Positions 20,458 through 32,658 of a stretch of DNA of 64,000 nt are shown here, in pieces (the first letter of the stretch is position 1; every line of letters begins with the position of its first letter). The notes beneath the pieces were generated by a model. The model had not been told where the DNA came from and ran no database searches. It saw only the letters and a program-made list of their open reading frames with translations. The translations under genes and the position numbers were made by a program. This DNA comes from Candidatus Dormiibacterota bacterium (GTDB lineage: Bacteria > Chloroflexota > Dormibacteria > Aeolococcales > Aeolococcaceae). The stretch is from NCBI GenBank assembly GCA_963799005.1, contig CAWCVK010000001.1:2081746-2145745 (forward strand), read 5' to 3'.

Positions 20458-20729
20458 TCGCATCCATGCGGGCGATGCTCGCCGACAGCAGCTCCGCCCT
20501 GGCCGAGCTCTTCTATGCGCACTTCCTCCTGCCCTTCGCCGACGTGGCCCAGGTGCTGGTGTTCGTGGCCATGATCGCCACGGCGCTGCAGCGCGGCCTG
20601 GTCCAGCAGGACGAGCACTGGGGCCACGCCATCCTCCGCCCGGTGGGCATCGGCCTCGCCGGCCTCGGGGTGATCGAGGTGTGCAAGCTGGCGGCGAGCG
20701 CCATGCTCTCCGGCTCGCTGAGCCTGTAG
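20454..20729 (+). CDS. Small 2-TM protein, VirB2/TrbC-like
   Basis: 91 aa with two hydrophobic helices, at the head of the T4SS operon. Confidence 0.55.
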   Translation: MIASMRAMLADSSSALAELFYAHFLLPFADVAQVLVFVAMIATALQRGLVQQDEHWGHAILRPVGIGLAGLGVIEVCKLAASAMLSGSLSL

Positions 20730-20738
20730 CGGGCGACG

Positions 20739-22360
20739 GTGGCCCCCTCGTCCGCGCCGATCCTCCTCGCCGGTCAGATCGTCATCCCGGTCCCCTCAGC
20801 CAGCTGCCCCGGCGTCGGCGGCAGCGGTCCCGACCTGAACCCCATCGACTACGTCCCGATCATCGGCGACGTCGCCCACCTGGTCAGCGCGCTGACCGGG
20901 ATCCTCAGCACCGTGCTCGGCTGGATCGCCGTCCCGGGCCAGGCGGCGCACGACATCCTGGGCTGGGTCACCTGGAACACGGTGGGCTGGAACCCCGCGT
21001 CGCCCAACTGCTACGACCCCACCTCGGCGTACGGGTTCGCCCGGTCGGTGATCGGCGGTGATGTGCAGCTCGACGCCTCCAGCCTGTATCACGACGCGTA
21101 CTCGTCGCTGGCCCTGGTGTCTCTGGTCATCGTCTGCGCCGCGGCCATCGCCCGGATCGTGCGCAGCAGCCACGACCAGCGCACCCACTGGGGCACCGGC
21201 GTGGCCGAGACCGTGCTCCGCGCGGTCGCCGGCATCGCCGCCATCCAACTCGGCTTTGCGGTGCTGAGCTGGCTGATCCCGCTCTTCTCGGCACTCGCCG
21301 CCGACGTGTTCCTCACCTTCGTGGGCCTCGCCGTGCCCGATCCCAGCGGCTTCGATCCGCTCGGGGCGCTGCTCTTCACCGGCCTGCTGCGCCTGCCGCA
21401 GCTCGGTCTGGTCGCGATCGTGCTCATCCCGGTGCTGCTCTTTCAGCTCATCCGCTTCGTGCTCCTGATGGTGATCCGCTTCATCGTCATCAGCTTCGGG
21501 ATCGCCGCCGCTCCGCTGTTCTTCGCCCTTGCCGTCTTCGATCACCAGGCCCAGGTGGTCCAGTGGTGGTGGCGGCTGATGCTCGGCGCCCTGGTGGCGC
21601 CGGTGGTCGCGCTCGGGATGCTCGGTCTGACCATCGGGCTCGCGCTGCGCACAGCGGTCGCGGGCCAGTCGCTGTCGAGCTCCTTCTTCGGCCCGCTGGT
21701 CTCGGTCATCCTGGTGATCGGTGGGCTGTGGCTCACCGGCAAGGCGATGCGAGCGCTGCTCTTCGGGCTCGGTGGCCAGCACGGCTCGATCGTGGCCACC
21801 GTCCGCCACGCCGCCGAGGCGCTGCTCTTCGTGCCCGCCGCGGTGGCCAGCGTGGCCGCCGGAGGCGCCCTGCTCGCCGCCGGTGCCGGCGGTGGGGGTG
21901 CGCTGCTCAAGGGGCTCAGCTCGGGACGCTTCGGGTCGGGCGTCGTGGGCAGCGCCATGGCCACCGACAACGCGCTGTCGCGCGCGGCGGGGCTCCGGTT
22001 CTTCAGCACCCCGACCCAGGCGTTCTCGGCATTCAAGGCGAGCCCGGGTGGGGATCGCTTCATCGGCGAGGTGACCGCAGGGCTGATGCCGCCCGCGGCG
22101 CCCGCCGGCGGCGCGCTGGGCGGCGGTGGAGCAGCTCCCCGGGATGGACTCGGCCATGCGCCGGCTGCGCCTGTCCGTCCACGGTCAATCCACAAGCGCG
22201 GGCCGTCTCGAGGTGCCCCCGGCCGCCTGGGCCGCCTTCGATCACGCCGTCACGAGCGCGTGGCCGCAGCGATCGAGCCGTTCGACCGAGCGCGGCCCCG
22301 AGCCGCGCGCCCGCGAATCCGGGACGGAGCGCCCAGCCCGCCCCCGAGGTGCGCGAGTGA
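20739..22360 (+). CDS. Polytopic VirB6/TrbL-like protein, frameshifts in the 3' part
   Basis: Multiple TM segments, Gly/Ala-rich tail, position upstream of VirB4. Confidence 0.7.
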
Positions 22361-25014
22361 GCCGGATCCGTGTGCCCCTGGCCGTCGACGCCAACCTCGG
22401 CGTTGACGTCGGTCCGTTCCGGCTTCCGATCCGCGCCGTCGCCCTGATCGGGGTGTGCCTGCTGCCGGTGATGCTCTGCCTGCACGCGCCGCTTCCCTTC
22501 GGGCTTCGCCTCGGGCTGGCGAGCGCGCTGCTGTGCGGGGCGCTGGTGGTGACCGTGCCGACCCGGCAGGGCGTCTGGATCGTCACGTACTGGGCCTTTC
22601 TGATGCTCGGCCGTGTGCTCCCGAGCCAGGTGCACCGGAATCAGCCGGCGCGCGGCACGGTGCGCTTTCTCGAGGAGGGTGTCGTCACCGGTGATCCGCG
22701 CCCATCGCTGCATCTGCGCGGCCCGCTCGCACGTCGCCTGTTCGTGCCACGCGTGGCCGAAACGGCCGATGGGTTGTTCCACGTCGAGGGCGTGGGCTGG
22801 CGCGCGGTGGCGCGCGTGGAGGCTCCGCCGGTCGCGGTCGGGTCGGTCTCCCATGCTCGGTTCTGCGAAACCCTCATGCGCTGGCTGGTCGGCGTGGAGT
22901 GTCCGGCGCAGGTGATCACCACCACCGCGCACCTCGACCGCAGTGAGGCGGAGCGCCTCTGGGAGGAGGGCGTCGACCGCGGGCGCGTCGGTGGACCGCT
23001 CCTCGAGCTGGAGCGCGAGTTCGCCGGGGAGATGGCGGCCGCCAGCCTTCGCCTGACCCAGTACGTGGTCTGGGCGCCGCGCTCCGCGCGTGGCGACGGC
23101 GTCCCGTTCGGATCCGGGCCGCTGGGGACGGCGATGCGCGCCAGCCGCGCCGACGCGGAGCGGGTGCTCGACGCCGCGCTTCGACTGGCGCGCGACAGCG
23201 GGCTGGAGGTCACCGCGCTCGAACCCGCGGAGATACATGAGCAGCTGCTGCAGGGATCGTTGCTGGGCTGCGCCGAGGCGGCCGCGTCGTCTCGCGGTCT
23301 CTGGATGGGGGATCACGTCGCGGTCCTGGCGGTGACCGCGCTGCCACCCGATGTCGATCACGGCGATGTCGTCGACGTGCTCCAGCGCGCCCGAGCATCC
23401 GGGACGTGCTCACTCCACCTGGTGCCCGCACGCCAGGAGGTGGTGCGGCGATCCCTGCGCCGGCACCGGTCATCGCTGCGCACCTCGCTGCGCGAGGGCC
23501 GCGGCGACGTCGACGCCGAGGTGGCCCTCGCCGACGCCGACCGCCTCCAGGCGGAGCTGGCCGCGGGCAACGCCACCGGCTTGCAGCTCGCGCTGACCCT
23601 GGCGCTGCGGGCGAGGACGCGGACTCGAGTGCGAGGAGAGCGCCGAGCGCGTCGGTGCCCTGCTCACCGGCCGCGGCTTCGCGGTGGTCCGCGCCACCGT
23701 TCCCGGGCTGCTCCCGGCGCTCGCCGCGGCGCCCGGAATGGCGCCGCTGCGGCGCAGCCTCCAGCTCACCACCGACGCGGTCGCTGCACGCCTGCTGCCC
23801 GTGCTCGGGACGCCCTTCAGTGACGCCGGCCAGCCGATCGTCGGCACCAACCTGCGCACCGGGGCGACGGCATACCTCTCGGTCTGGACCCGGAGCAACC
23901 ACAACGCCCTGCTGGTGGGCAGCTCCGGGGCGGGGAAGTCGACCGCGGCGAAGACGCTGCTGGCCCGCCACTGCATGGCCGGTGCCACCGCCGTGGTGCT
24001 CGACCCCGACAGCGAGTACGAGCCACTGATCACGCTGCTCGGCGGGAGCTACGTCGACCTGGCCGACACCTCCATCAACCCGCTCGCGGTGGGACGCGAC
24101 CTCCCCGTCGACGAGGCGGCCGAGGTGGTGGTCACCGTGCTGTCCATCCTCGGCGGCGACACCGTCGCCTACGTCGGTGGCCGTCCGGTGCGACGCCTTC
24201 CCGGTGAGGACAAGGCGTGGCTGCATGGCCAGGTCGCGTCCTTCCTCACCGCTCATGGCGCCGGCGACGCCGAGCCGCTGCTCGGCGATCTGGTCGATGG
24301 TCTGCGCATCTCGCTCGGCGAGGACGCGTCGCTCTCCGACGTCGAGCGCGACCGCTATCGCCGCATCGCGCTGCGCCTCTCCGGCTACACCAGGGGCTCG
24401 CTGGGGCGCATCTTCAACCGCCCCAGCCGGTTGCACATCGACGGTCAGGCTCCGGTCGGGATCGGCTTTCGCAGCCTCTCGCTCCGCTACGCCGCCGACC
24501 TCACCCCGGCGCTGGCCGTGGTCCTCGCCCATGTGCTCGGCGTCCTGAACCGGCCGCACCGCCCCCTGATCGTGCTGGTCGACGAGGCCCACGTCCTCAC
24601 CGCCGATCCGGATGCCGGCCAGGTGCTCGAGCAGCTGGTCCGCCGCGCGCGCAAGAGCGGCGCCGGCGTCTGGATGGCGTCGCAGCGCATCGAGGAGTTC
24701 GTCTCCACCGACCTGGGCCGCACCCTCGCCTCGACGGCTGCGACCAAGCTGGTGCTCGGCCACGAGGAGACCGTCTAGAAAAAAAAAAACTCGGCGACCA
24801 AGCTGGTGCTCGGCCACGAGGAGACCGTGCAGCACAGGTGCGTGAGCTCTTCGATCTCGCCGAGGACGAGGCGACGGCACTCACGCCGCCGGTGGCCGGC
24901 CGCGGCGTGCTCATCGCCGGCGGCGAGCGGACGGTGGTGCAGGTGACCCCGAGCCCGGTGCTCTGGCCCTGGGTGCGCTCCGACCCCGAGGCCCTGGAGG
25001 CATCGGTGGCGTGA
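22357..25014 (+). CDS. PrgI/VirB3-like domain fused to VirB4-like ATPase; frameshift near 23620 and 54-bp insertion near 24775
   Basis: N-terminal 2-TM PrgI-like segment; NHNALLVGSSGAGKS, VLDPDSEY, LVDEAH, RRARKSG, MASQ. Confidence 0.85.
24740..24828. repeat. 35-bp direct duplication flanking CTAG-A11-CTCG
   Basis: GCGACCAAGCTGGTGCTCGGCCACGAGGAGACCGT at 24740-24774 and 24794-24828. Confidence 0.9.
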
Positions 25015-25606
25015 TCCGCACGCTGACCTGCGGCTGTCTGATCGCCGTGCTCGCGCTTGCCATGCTCCTGATCGGGGTCGTGGGGGCATTGGGAGCGCTG
25101 CTGCCATCGCTGCCGAACCAGCCGACCGCGACCCAGGTGGCCGCCGGCCGTCCGTGTGCCGACCCGATCGAGACCCAGGGGTACATGCCCGGGCCGGGCG
25201 CCTTCGAGCCCCACCACACCGGGATCGACTTCGCCTGCGAGGGCAACCTCACCCTCACCGCCGTTCTGGCCGGCACGGTGGTGATCGCCGACGACGGACC
25301 CTGCCCCAACACCTACTACACCTCGGGAGCGCGGACCTTCGGGTGCAACGTCGACATCGAGACGGAGCTGGACGGTCGCGACCTCTTCGCCCGCTACGGA
25401 CACATGGCTCCAGGGGTCGCTCGACGTGCTGGTGGGGGAGCAGGTGGCGGCCGGAGACGCCCTGGGCACCGAGGGCGAGAGCGGCTACGCGACCGGCCGC
25501 CACGTGCACTTCGAGATCGACCTCGGAGCAGCCTCGACGGCGGACTGCATCAACCCGGTCCCGTACCTGGACCCGACGATCATCCACTGCCCATGCCACA
25601 ACTGAT
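25011..25606 (+). CDS. M23 family peptidoglycan endopeptidase, frameshift near 25420
   Basis: HTGIDF, YGHM, and TGRHVHFE in the next frame; N-terminal TM. Confidence 0.8.
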
Positions 25607-25697
25607 CCGGCGGCGAGCCCATCCGCGAGGAGGGTCTGGTTGGATTGATACGATGCGGGCGAGCAGGCGCGACCCATCGCGCCGACAGGAGGCGGGA

Positions 25698-26527
25698 GTG
25701 CGCGCAGATAACGGCGATCTCCCGCGTGTGGCCGTCGTGCCAGTGACGCTGCTGCTCCTGATCGCCCTCATGACGGCGTGCGGCTCGTCCCAGTCTGGTT
25801 CGTCCGCGAGCGCCCACTTGGAAACGCCGACCTCACAGACGTCTGCAACGCCGATCGTGACCGCAGATCCCGGCGACCCGACGCTGCTCCCGGTGCCGGC
25901 CGACGTGGCGTTCCTTCAGGCACCCATCGCCATCCAGAACGAATGGCGCACGTACTACGCGACCGGTGCGATCACGGTGGTTCCCAACAGCACGGTGCCC
26001 TTCACGCGTCCGGCGACGCCGCCGGTGGTTGACGCGACCAACGGTGCGGTGAGCAGCACGACGGCGCAGCAGTGGGGTGACGCGCTCATGCGCGAGAACG
26101 CGTGGGAGAACTGGGCGATCACGGCAGACCAGACCGGCCTCTTCGACAACGGTGTGATCAGCGCCCCGCAGGCCGAGCCTGGGTTGGTGCTCCCGCAGGG
26201 TGCTACGGCGTTTCGCATTGTTGGACAGCGGTGGCCCGCGTCCCTGCGGCTCGTGTCCGTGTCTGCATCTGCGCAAGGACTTTCTCCAGGACACCGACGG
26301 CTACGCCTCATCCTGGAATTCAGTCAAGCCTGGTCAGTCGACGCCGTGTTCCCCAACGGTACGACGCAGCCGATGAGCCGATCAGAGCGTCAGCGCCGGC
26401 CAACGCTTCGTGGTCATCGGCAAGCTCGACGCAGCCGGCGAACTTCGGACAGCTGTGGTACGCGAGCGCGTCCTTCGCCTGCGATAGCAGCGAGCCGCAG
26501 CCTGTTCTTGCGCTGTGCGCCGAGTGA
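25698..26527 (+). CDS. Putative lipoprotein, frameshifted
   Basis: Hydrophobic signal ending LMTAC, followed by a Ser/Thr-rich linker. Confidence 0.6.
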
Positions 26528-26533
26528 TGTGAG

Positions 26534-27771
26534 ATGCGCCACATTCGCTCTGACTCTGCAGATCGCGGTCGCGGTGGCGGTCGCATCGTCTCGCGCTCAC
26601 TCCATCGTCCCAGGTTGTCGAGGCGTACGGTGGACGGCGCACGCGTGTCCCGGTGGAACAGCAGAGTGGGGTGGTACGCAGCTGGGCCCGAGTGCGCCCG
26701 TCGTTGTCACCGGTGATGCGCAGATCACCTGCCCAACGCCTCAGGTGACCATCACTGCAGGATCGACACGTCATCGGCAGACGTCGACGACGCAGCCGCA
26801 GAACGGTCAACCCTGCTACGAGTACGAGAGACTCCGAAGTCGCCATCGGCCCCGTCGTCGGGCGGGCAGCGACCGGTCTCCTGGTACGACCCAGGCCGAG
26901 GATCGGTCTGGACGGCAGGATATCCCGGACAAGCCAACGAGTGGCATCCCCGGATTCATTCCGCCGGACGCGAGCGTCCTGTATGCGTCGCTGATCATGG
27001 GCAGCGCCGACATGACGCTCCACTTCGAATTGGACGGGACGTGGTCAACCGCGACAAAGAGCTGCGACGGCAACTGGTTCATTCCGGCGGACGGCGGAAA
27101 GGACTATGCGTTTCCGATCGCGTCGGTGACGCGCCGGGCATCCGCTGACCTATCAGACTCCGCCGTCGATCAACGTCGAGCAGCTCGTCGCGACTGCCAC
27201 GGCGACCTTTCGCCAGGTCTACACAGCCGGCCAGGTGGCGTCGTCACCGCCGGCTGACAGTCAGATCGTCCACTACACATCGTGCTTCACCGAGCTCGGG
27301 GCAAACGTGCCGCCAACGGTGGGCTTCAGCATCCGCGACCCCCAACCGGGAGCCGGGCCGGTGCTGGTTGTGAACTACGTCGTGCAGGCGACGGTCGACG
27401 AGACCTGGTGGGACTTCGGCGAGCCCGAGAATCCGGTGACGGTTCAGCAGGGGTGAACCCGGCGGCGCCGTGCTCAGTGCAGCACACCTACGCGCACGTC
27501 AGCGCCGACGCCTATGGCAGTAACGACAGTCCATCACCCACCTCCTGGCGTCTCGTGGACGTTCGGAAACGCTGAGCCGGCGCCGGACATGGAGGCGGTG
27601 GAGGCGTGGGAGCACGTCCACTTCAGCGTCACCGCCTACTACCAGGAGCCCGACGGCACGCAGTTCGCAGTTCCGCTTCCAGTCAACAACGGTGCCGACG
27701 ACTTCTGGCTCGCAGCGACTCCGGAGTGGGTGCGCGTGTATCAGATTGAGGGCGTGCCTGACAGTCGCTAG
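26534..27771 (+). CDS. Putative secreted Cys/beta-rich surface protein, several frameshifts
   Basis: Signal-like start and protein-like pieces in ORFs 25011-27257, 27235-27456 and 27514-27771; WWDFG PKD-like motif. Confidence 0.5.
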
Positions 27772-28198
27772 CTGCGCCAAGCCAGAGTTTGGCCCAATCC
27801 GATTTTTGAGATCACGTGAACGCTTGGTCGTCGCCGATGGGCCCCGGGCACAGCGCTATCCTCCCTCTGCCTGATCGCGGGGTCACGGGTGGTTGTCGGT
27901 CCTGATTCCCGAACACGAGGTTAGCTTCACCGTTTCCACGGGGCTTGGGCAAGGGCCCCGGTGAGGGCCGCGAGGTGCCACTCGCCTTTCCGGCCCCGCG
28001 ATCCAACCAAAAGTTCGGGCGAACGGCGGGAGTGTGTCGCCGCGGCTGAGTGGAGTGCTGTTGGTCTGTGCGATGCTCGCCGCAGGAGGCGGCGGGCAGT
28101 AACGGCTGTCATGCGGGACGTGGGGTGAGTGAGGCAATGGACAGAGGGCGCTTCGCTGACGGTAGAACCGGTCAGGTTGCGGCGTCCGGAGTTGTGCC

Positions 28199-31100
28199 GT
28201 GATGCCTAAGTGCCCACGATGCGGCTCTCCAATGGTGCTGCGCACGGCCCGGCGAGGGCGCGGCACAGGGAGCAACTTCTGGGGCTGTTCGCGCTATCCA
28301 AGCTGCAGGGGAACGGTCGCAGCCGCCGCTGGGACCCTAGCCGGACCATCAAGCGGCACGACAGTCACCAGTACCTCAGCTATAGGAAAGGTGACGCCGG
28401 TCGCACCGGCGATTGATCCACAGCGCATAGCTGGGGTGACCAACCTCATCCGCTACTACATCGGTTGCGTCGAGGCCGAAGGGCTCAAAGAGTTGGTGCT
28501 CGAGGTCGCCAAACGGGGTCAGCAGTTTGTGGTGATCGCCGGCGCCCCGGAAGCCGTGATGAGCGGCCAGGGCGGTGAGTGGCGGGAGATCAGCCAGGAA
28601 TCCTCGGTTGTTTCCTGGTGGCAACGACGGGCGCTGACGGCGGGCCGGGAACGGGTGCTCTACGGATATCCCGTGGTCGCCGGCTTTTCGCGTGAGGGTC
28701 CGGTGATCGCGCCGCTCTTCTATACCGAGGTGCAACTCCGCAAAGGAACGACCGGGGTTGAGCTGCAACCGCTGAATGGCGCAGTCGAGCTCAATCTCTT
28801 CGCCCTGACACTCCTCGGCCTCGACCACAACGACCGCGCCGAAACCATCGACGCACTCGCCGAACTTGGGGGTGGATGGGACGAGCGGCTCGCGAAGACG
28901 TTCGAGATTCTGGCTGAACTCGGGACGGTGCAACCGCCGACCTGGACTGCTGAACAACTGCTCGAGGACGTTGGCACTCGCCCCGGTTTGCATCACACCG
29001 CAATGTTGTTTGCGAGCGAGCGTGCCCAGCAGACCGCGCAGTTGCTTCGCGATCTTGAAGAGATGGCGGCGATGCGGCCTCAGGAGCTGATGGCATCGGC
29101 ACCGCTGGCGTGCCTGATGGGTTACGCGGCCTCGCCGGCGCCACCGTCTCCTCGCCCGCAGCCGACGATCATCCCCTCAAATCTCTCCCAGGACAGGGCG
29201 ATCACTGGCGCTCTGGACACCGCGCTCACGGTGGTGACCGGACCTCCAGGGACGGGCAAATCCCAGGTGCTGGTCAACGCTGTCGCAGCGGCACTGTCCC
29301 GGGAGAGTTGGTGCTCTTTGCCTCATTCAGCAACCGGGCGGTGGACGTCGTCTTCCAACGGCTTTCGGCGGTGAGCACGGAGGCCGTGCCGCTGCGGGTG
29401 GGAGCCGCGCGGCTCCGCAACAACACAGCGAGTGAAATCCGCTCGGCTCTGGCGCGAGCGAAGTCCGCGGGGCATTCGATGCCAGAGGCACGACAGGGCT
29501 GGGCCGCGATCGCCGCGCGCCTAGAGAGCCTGTATGCGAGTGAGGGGCGCCGGCTCGGGGTCGAACGGAAGGTCGAGGAATCCGACGCCACATATATGAG
29601 CTCCGCGGCAGGGCTACCCTCGAGCCTGACCTCGCTGACAGATCCGGACCACGTCGAAGCACTCCTCGCCGCACTCGATCAGGCCCGCTACGACATTGGG
29701 AAGCCGATCCGCTCGCCGTTCTTCCGAGGCCGTAAGCGCAGACAGTGTCAGCAGTTGGTGCAGACGGCGTGGGAGACGCTGCTGGCAGCCATACCGGCGC
29801 GATTTGCTGTGCCGTTGGACAGGACCTGCCCGGTCGATCCCTCGGCCACGACCAGGACACTGCGCGCCGCATGTGTCGCCGCCAAGCAGGCCGCTATTTC
29901 GCAAACGCTTCGTGCGGAGCTTGCAGGCATGCCCGACCACTGGGCGATTCAGGAGCGGATTCGGATCTCGATGACACGAAGTCCGAGCGGCTCGTCAGCT
30001 CTTTGATGCGGAGTGGGTGGCGTCTGTCCGCAACGCCGCGCCGAAGATTCGCTCGGCGGCGGGTACATACGCAGATGCGATCGGTTCCCTAACGGGCGGG
30101 GGAAAGCGCGCGTCAGTGCGCAGCAGTGTGCCCGACATGCTGAAGATGTTCCCGGTGTGGGGCGTCACCAGTCTCTCCACGCGAACCAACTTCGACCTCG
30201 ATCGCGGCCTCTTCGACCCGGTGGTCGTTGACGAGGCCTCGCAGTGCGATATCGCATCCGCGCTGCCGCTCTTGTTCCGCGCCAACCGGGCAATATCATC
30301 GGCGACGGCAAGCAACTGCTGCACATCACGACGTTGTCGGTGGCGCAGGACCGGGAGATTGCGACGCGCAGCGGCGTGCCGAATGATCAGCAGCTGTCCA
30401 TGGGGTACCGGACCACGAGCCTGTTCTCTCTGGCGGCCCGGAGTGTTGGCGAAGCACCACTGTTTCTTGAGGAGCACTACCGCTCGCATAAGGCGATCAT
30501 CACTTTCTCCAACGACCTGTTCTACGGCTCGCGGCTGATCATCCTGACGGACGAGGGAGCTGAGGAAAGCTCGGCTCCAGTGCGCTGGGTGCAGGTCGCC
30601 GGCGAGGCACGACGGGGGCCGCGTGGACGAGCGTCGTCAACGATGCGGAGGTCGCGGCCGTGGTGCGCGTGGTCAAGGAACTGATTCCAACCATTGGGGA
30701 AAACAGCCTTGGAGTAGTCGCGCCGTACCGAGCACACGTCGAAGCGATTCGTGACCGGCTGCGAGGCGTCGGCCTCGCGACCACCGAGTTGGTCGTTGAC
30801 ACTGCGCATCGTTTCCAGGGCGAGGAGCGCGACATCATGCTCTTCTCGCCGACGGTGTCCATGGGGATGCAGGACTTCCGCGCATCGTTTGCGAACAACT
30901 CGAATCTCGTGAATGTGGCGGTGACGCGGGCGCGCGAGCAGTTGATCGTCGTGGGTGACCGAGCCGCATGTCTGAAGGTGGGCGGAGTGCTCGGGCAGCT
31001 CGCCCAGTACGCAGCCGACCTGGAGGACGGACGCTCGAATCGCCGCTGGAGCGCAAGCTGCACGACGCACTTCAGGAGCGCGGGTTAACTGTCGTACCTG

Positions 31101-31351
31101 GCTACAGAGCCGAAGAGTTTCGCCTTGACCTTGCGTTCGTGACTGACGACATCAAGTTGGACATCGAATGCGATGGCGCCGCATTCCATCGGGACGCGCG
31201 CGGACAGATCCGGGATGCGCGACTGACGGGCGCCGGGTGGACGGTAATGCGGTTCGACGGGCGAGCGATTATTGGAGATATCGGATCCTGCGTGAGAAAG
31301 ATTCTCGCGACCATTGAACGCTCGAAGAAGGAAGGATCTCCCGCGACATAG
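28199..31351 (+). CDS. Topoisomerase-type Zn ribbon + SF1 (DNA2/NAM7-like) helicase + Vsr/DUF559 nuclease, frameshifted
   Basis: CPRCGSPMVLR...FWGCSRYPSC; GPPGTGKS, VVDEASQ, LEEHYRSH, HRFQGEE, NVAVTRAR; ESPLE...DIECDGAAFH...RD. Confidence 0.85.
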
Positions 31352-31399
31352 GTGAGCGTCGAGCCTGTTGCGATTGCGAGGCAACGGCTTCGCTCGCAC

Positions 31400-32559
31400 G
31401 CAATGCGGCCACCACGGATCGTTGTGCTGGCGGCTCTCCGTCTTGAATGTCAGGTGCTGAATACGCGGTCCACAACGCCGGAGGTGAATCCATCGAGAAT
31501 GAACTCGGTCTGAGCACCGTCAAGGAACTGGAATCGCGCTCTCAACTCATTCGCACTCTCAAGGGTCGTCCGCCGGTCAACGACCTTGATCGGTGCCTGT
31601 GCCCAAGGGAGTGCGTTCTCAGGCCGCGCCGCGTTTCGACTCGCGCAGCACCGTAGTCGGTGCCCACGTCGTAGGCCAGATGCAGGACGTAGGGATCCCC
31701 CGGTGGGAGCGAGCAGCCGATCACGTTGAAGCTGCGAGCATGTACGCATAGTTCCCGACCCCGTCCCATAGCGGGATGAGCGGGGACGCGGCGAGCGGCT
31801 CGCGGATGACGGGGCCATGAGCAGCGTGGGATGCGCTGACCAGCTCGCTCGCGTTGCGTAGTAATCCGGAAGGCGATCTGTCGGGATGATCGCGATACGT
31901 AGGAGGGGATCATCGGCGGGACGTGGCCCCTCGACGAGGTGTCTGAGGCCCAGGGCACTGTCATCTCGTTGTGTGAAGTACGTCCAATCCAGCGATCCGT
32001 GGAGCTTGGCGATGATGAGCTCCTTGGGTTCATCCGGATCCCAGACGTTGTAGTTCTCGTGGATCTCGAGTAACGTCCCGGGAAGCGCCGATAGCGCCGG
32101 CCCACTGCCTCCAGCGATCGCTCAAGAATCAGGTCGTAAATTGGGGTCAAGACCCGGCCGCTCGTAGTTAGCCGGCGTGCAAACTCGAGATAGACGGCAG
32201 GCAGATCGGCGGCCTTCGGGGTGAGGTCGTGGAGCACTTTGCCGATCGCCCAGCGGAGTTGCAGCCCCGCTCATTCCCGTACTCGGAGAAAGTGTCTGAG
32301 CCTTTGAGGCGGAGGACGTGCTGCCAGTCCAGCCAGGCGCCGAACGCTTCCAGGTTGAACGGGGTTCACAGGATTGGTGGCATTGACAAACTCTTCGTAC
32401 CGACCGATGGCAGCGTCCAAGTGGTTGTAGTCCTTGACTGACAACCAGCGTCTCGCGACGTCTTCGCCAGCGGAAGGAGTTCATCAGCGAGGGGAAGACC
32501 GGCCGCTTCGAGAAGCCAGCGCCAAGGAGGAAGAGGCGATTAGCCCGGGAGAGCGGCAT
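31400..32559 (-). CDS. SIR2-like domain protein, heavily frameshifted; 3' end uncertain
   Basis: RLFLLGAGFSK N-terminal motif and a TxNYD-like YDLILERSL motif. Confidence 0.65.
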
Positions 32560-32658
32560 TGCCGTGAGATTCAGTGGTCACGCTTGGAAGGACGACACGG
32601 TGGTTTCAGGCCCACGCAAATGAGTGATTTCATCGTCGCGGGGTTCAGCTCGGGCCGC

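Noticed and set aside
25011-27257. 748-aa ORF read as one protein
   Set aside because: It is a chimera of the M23 peptidase, the lipoprotein and the next gene, produced by frameshifts; an internal RBS and lipobox start at 25698.
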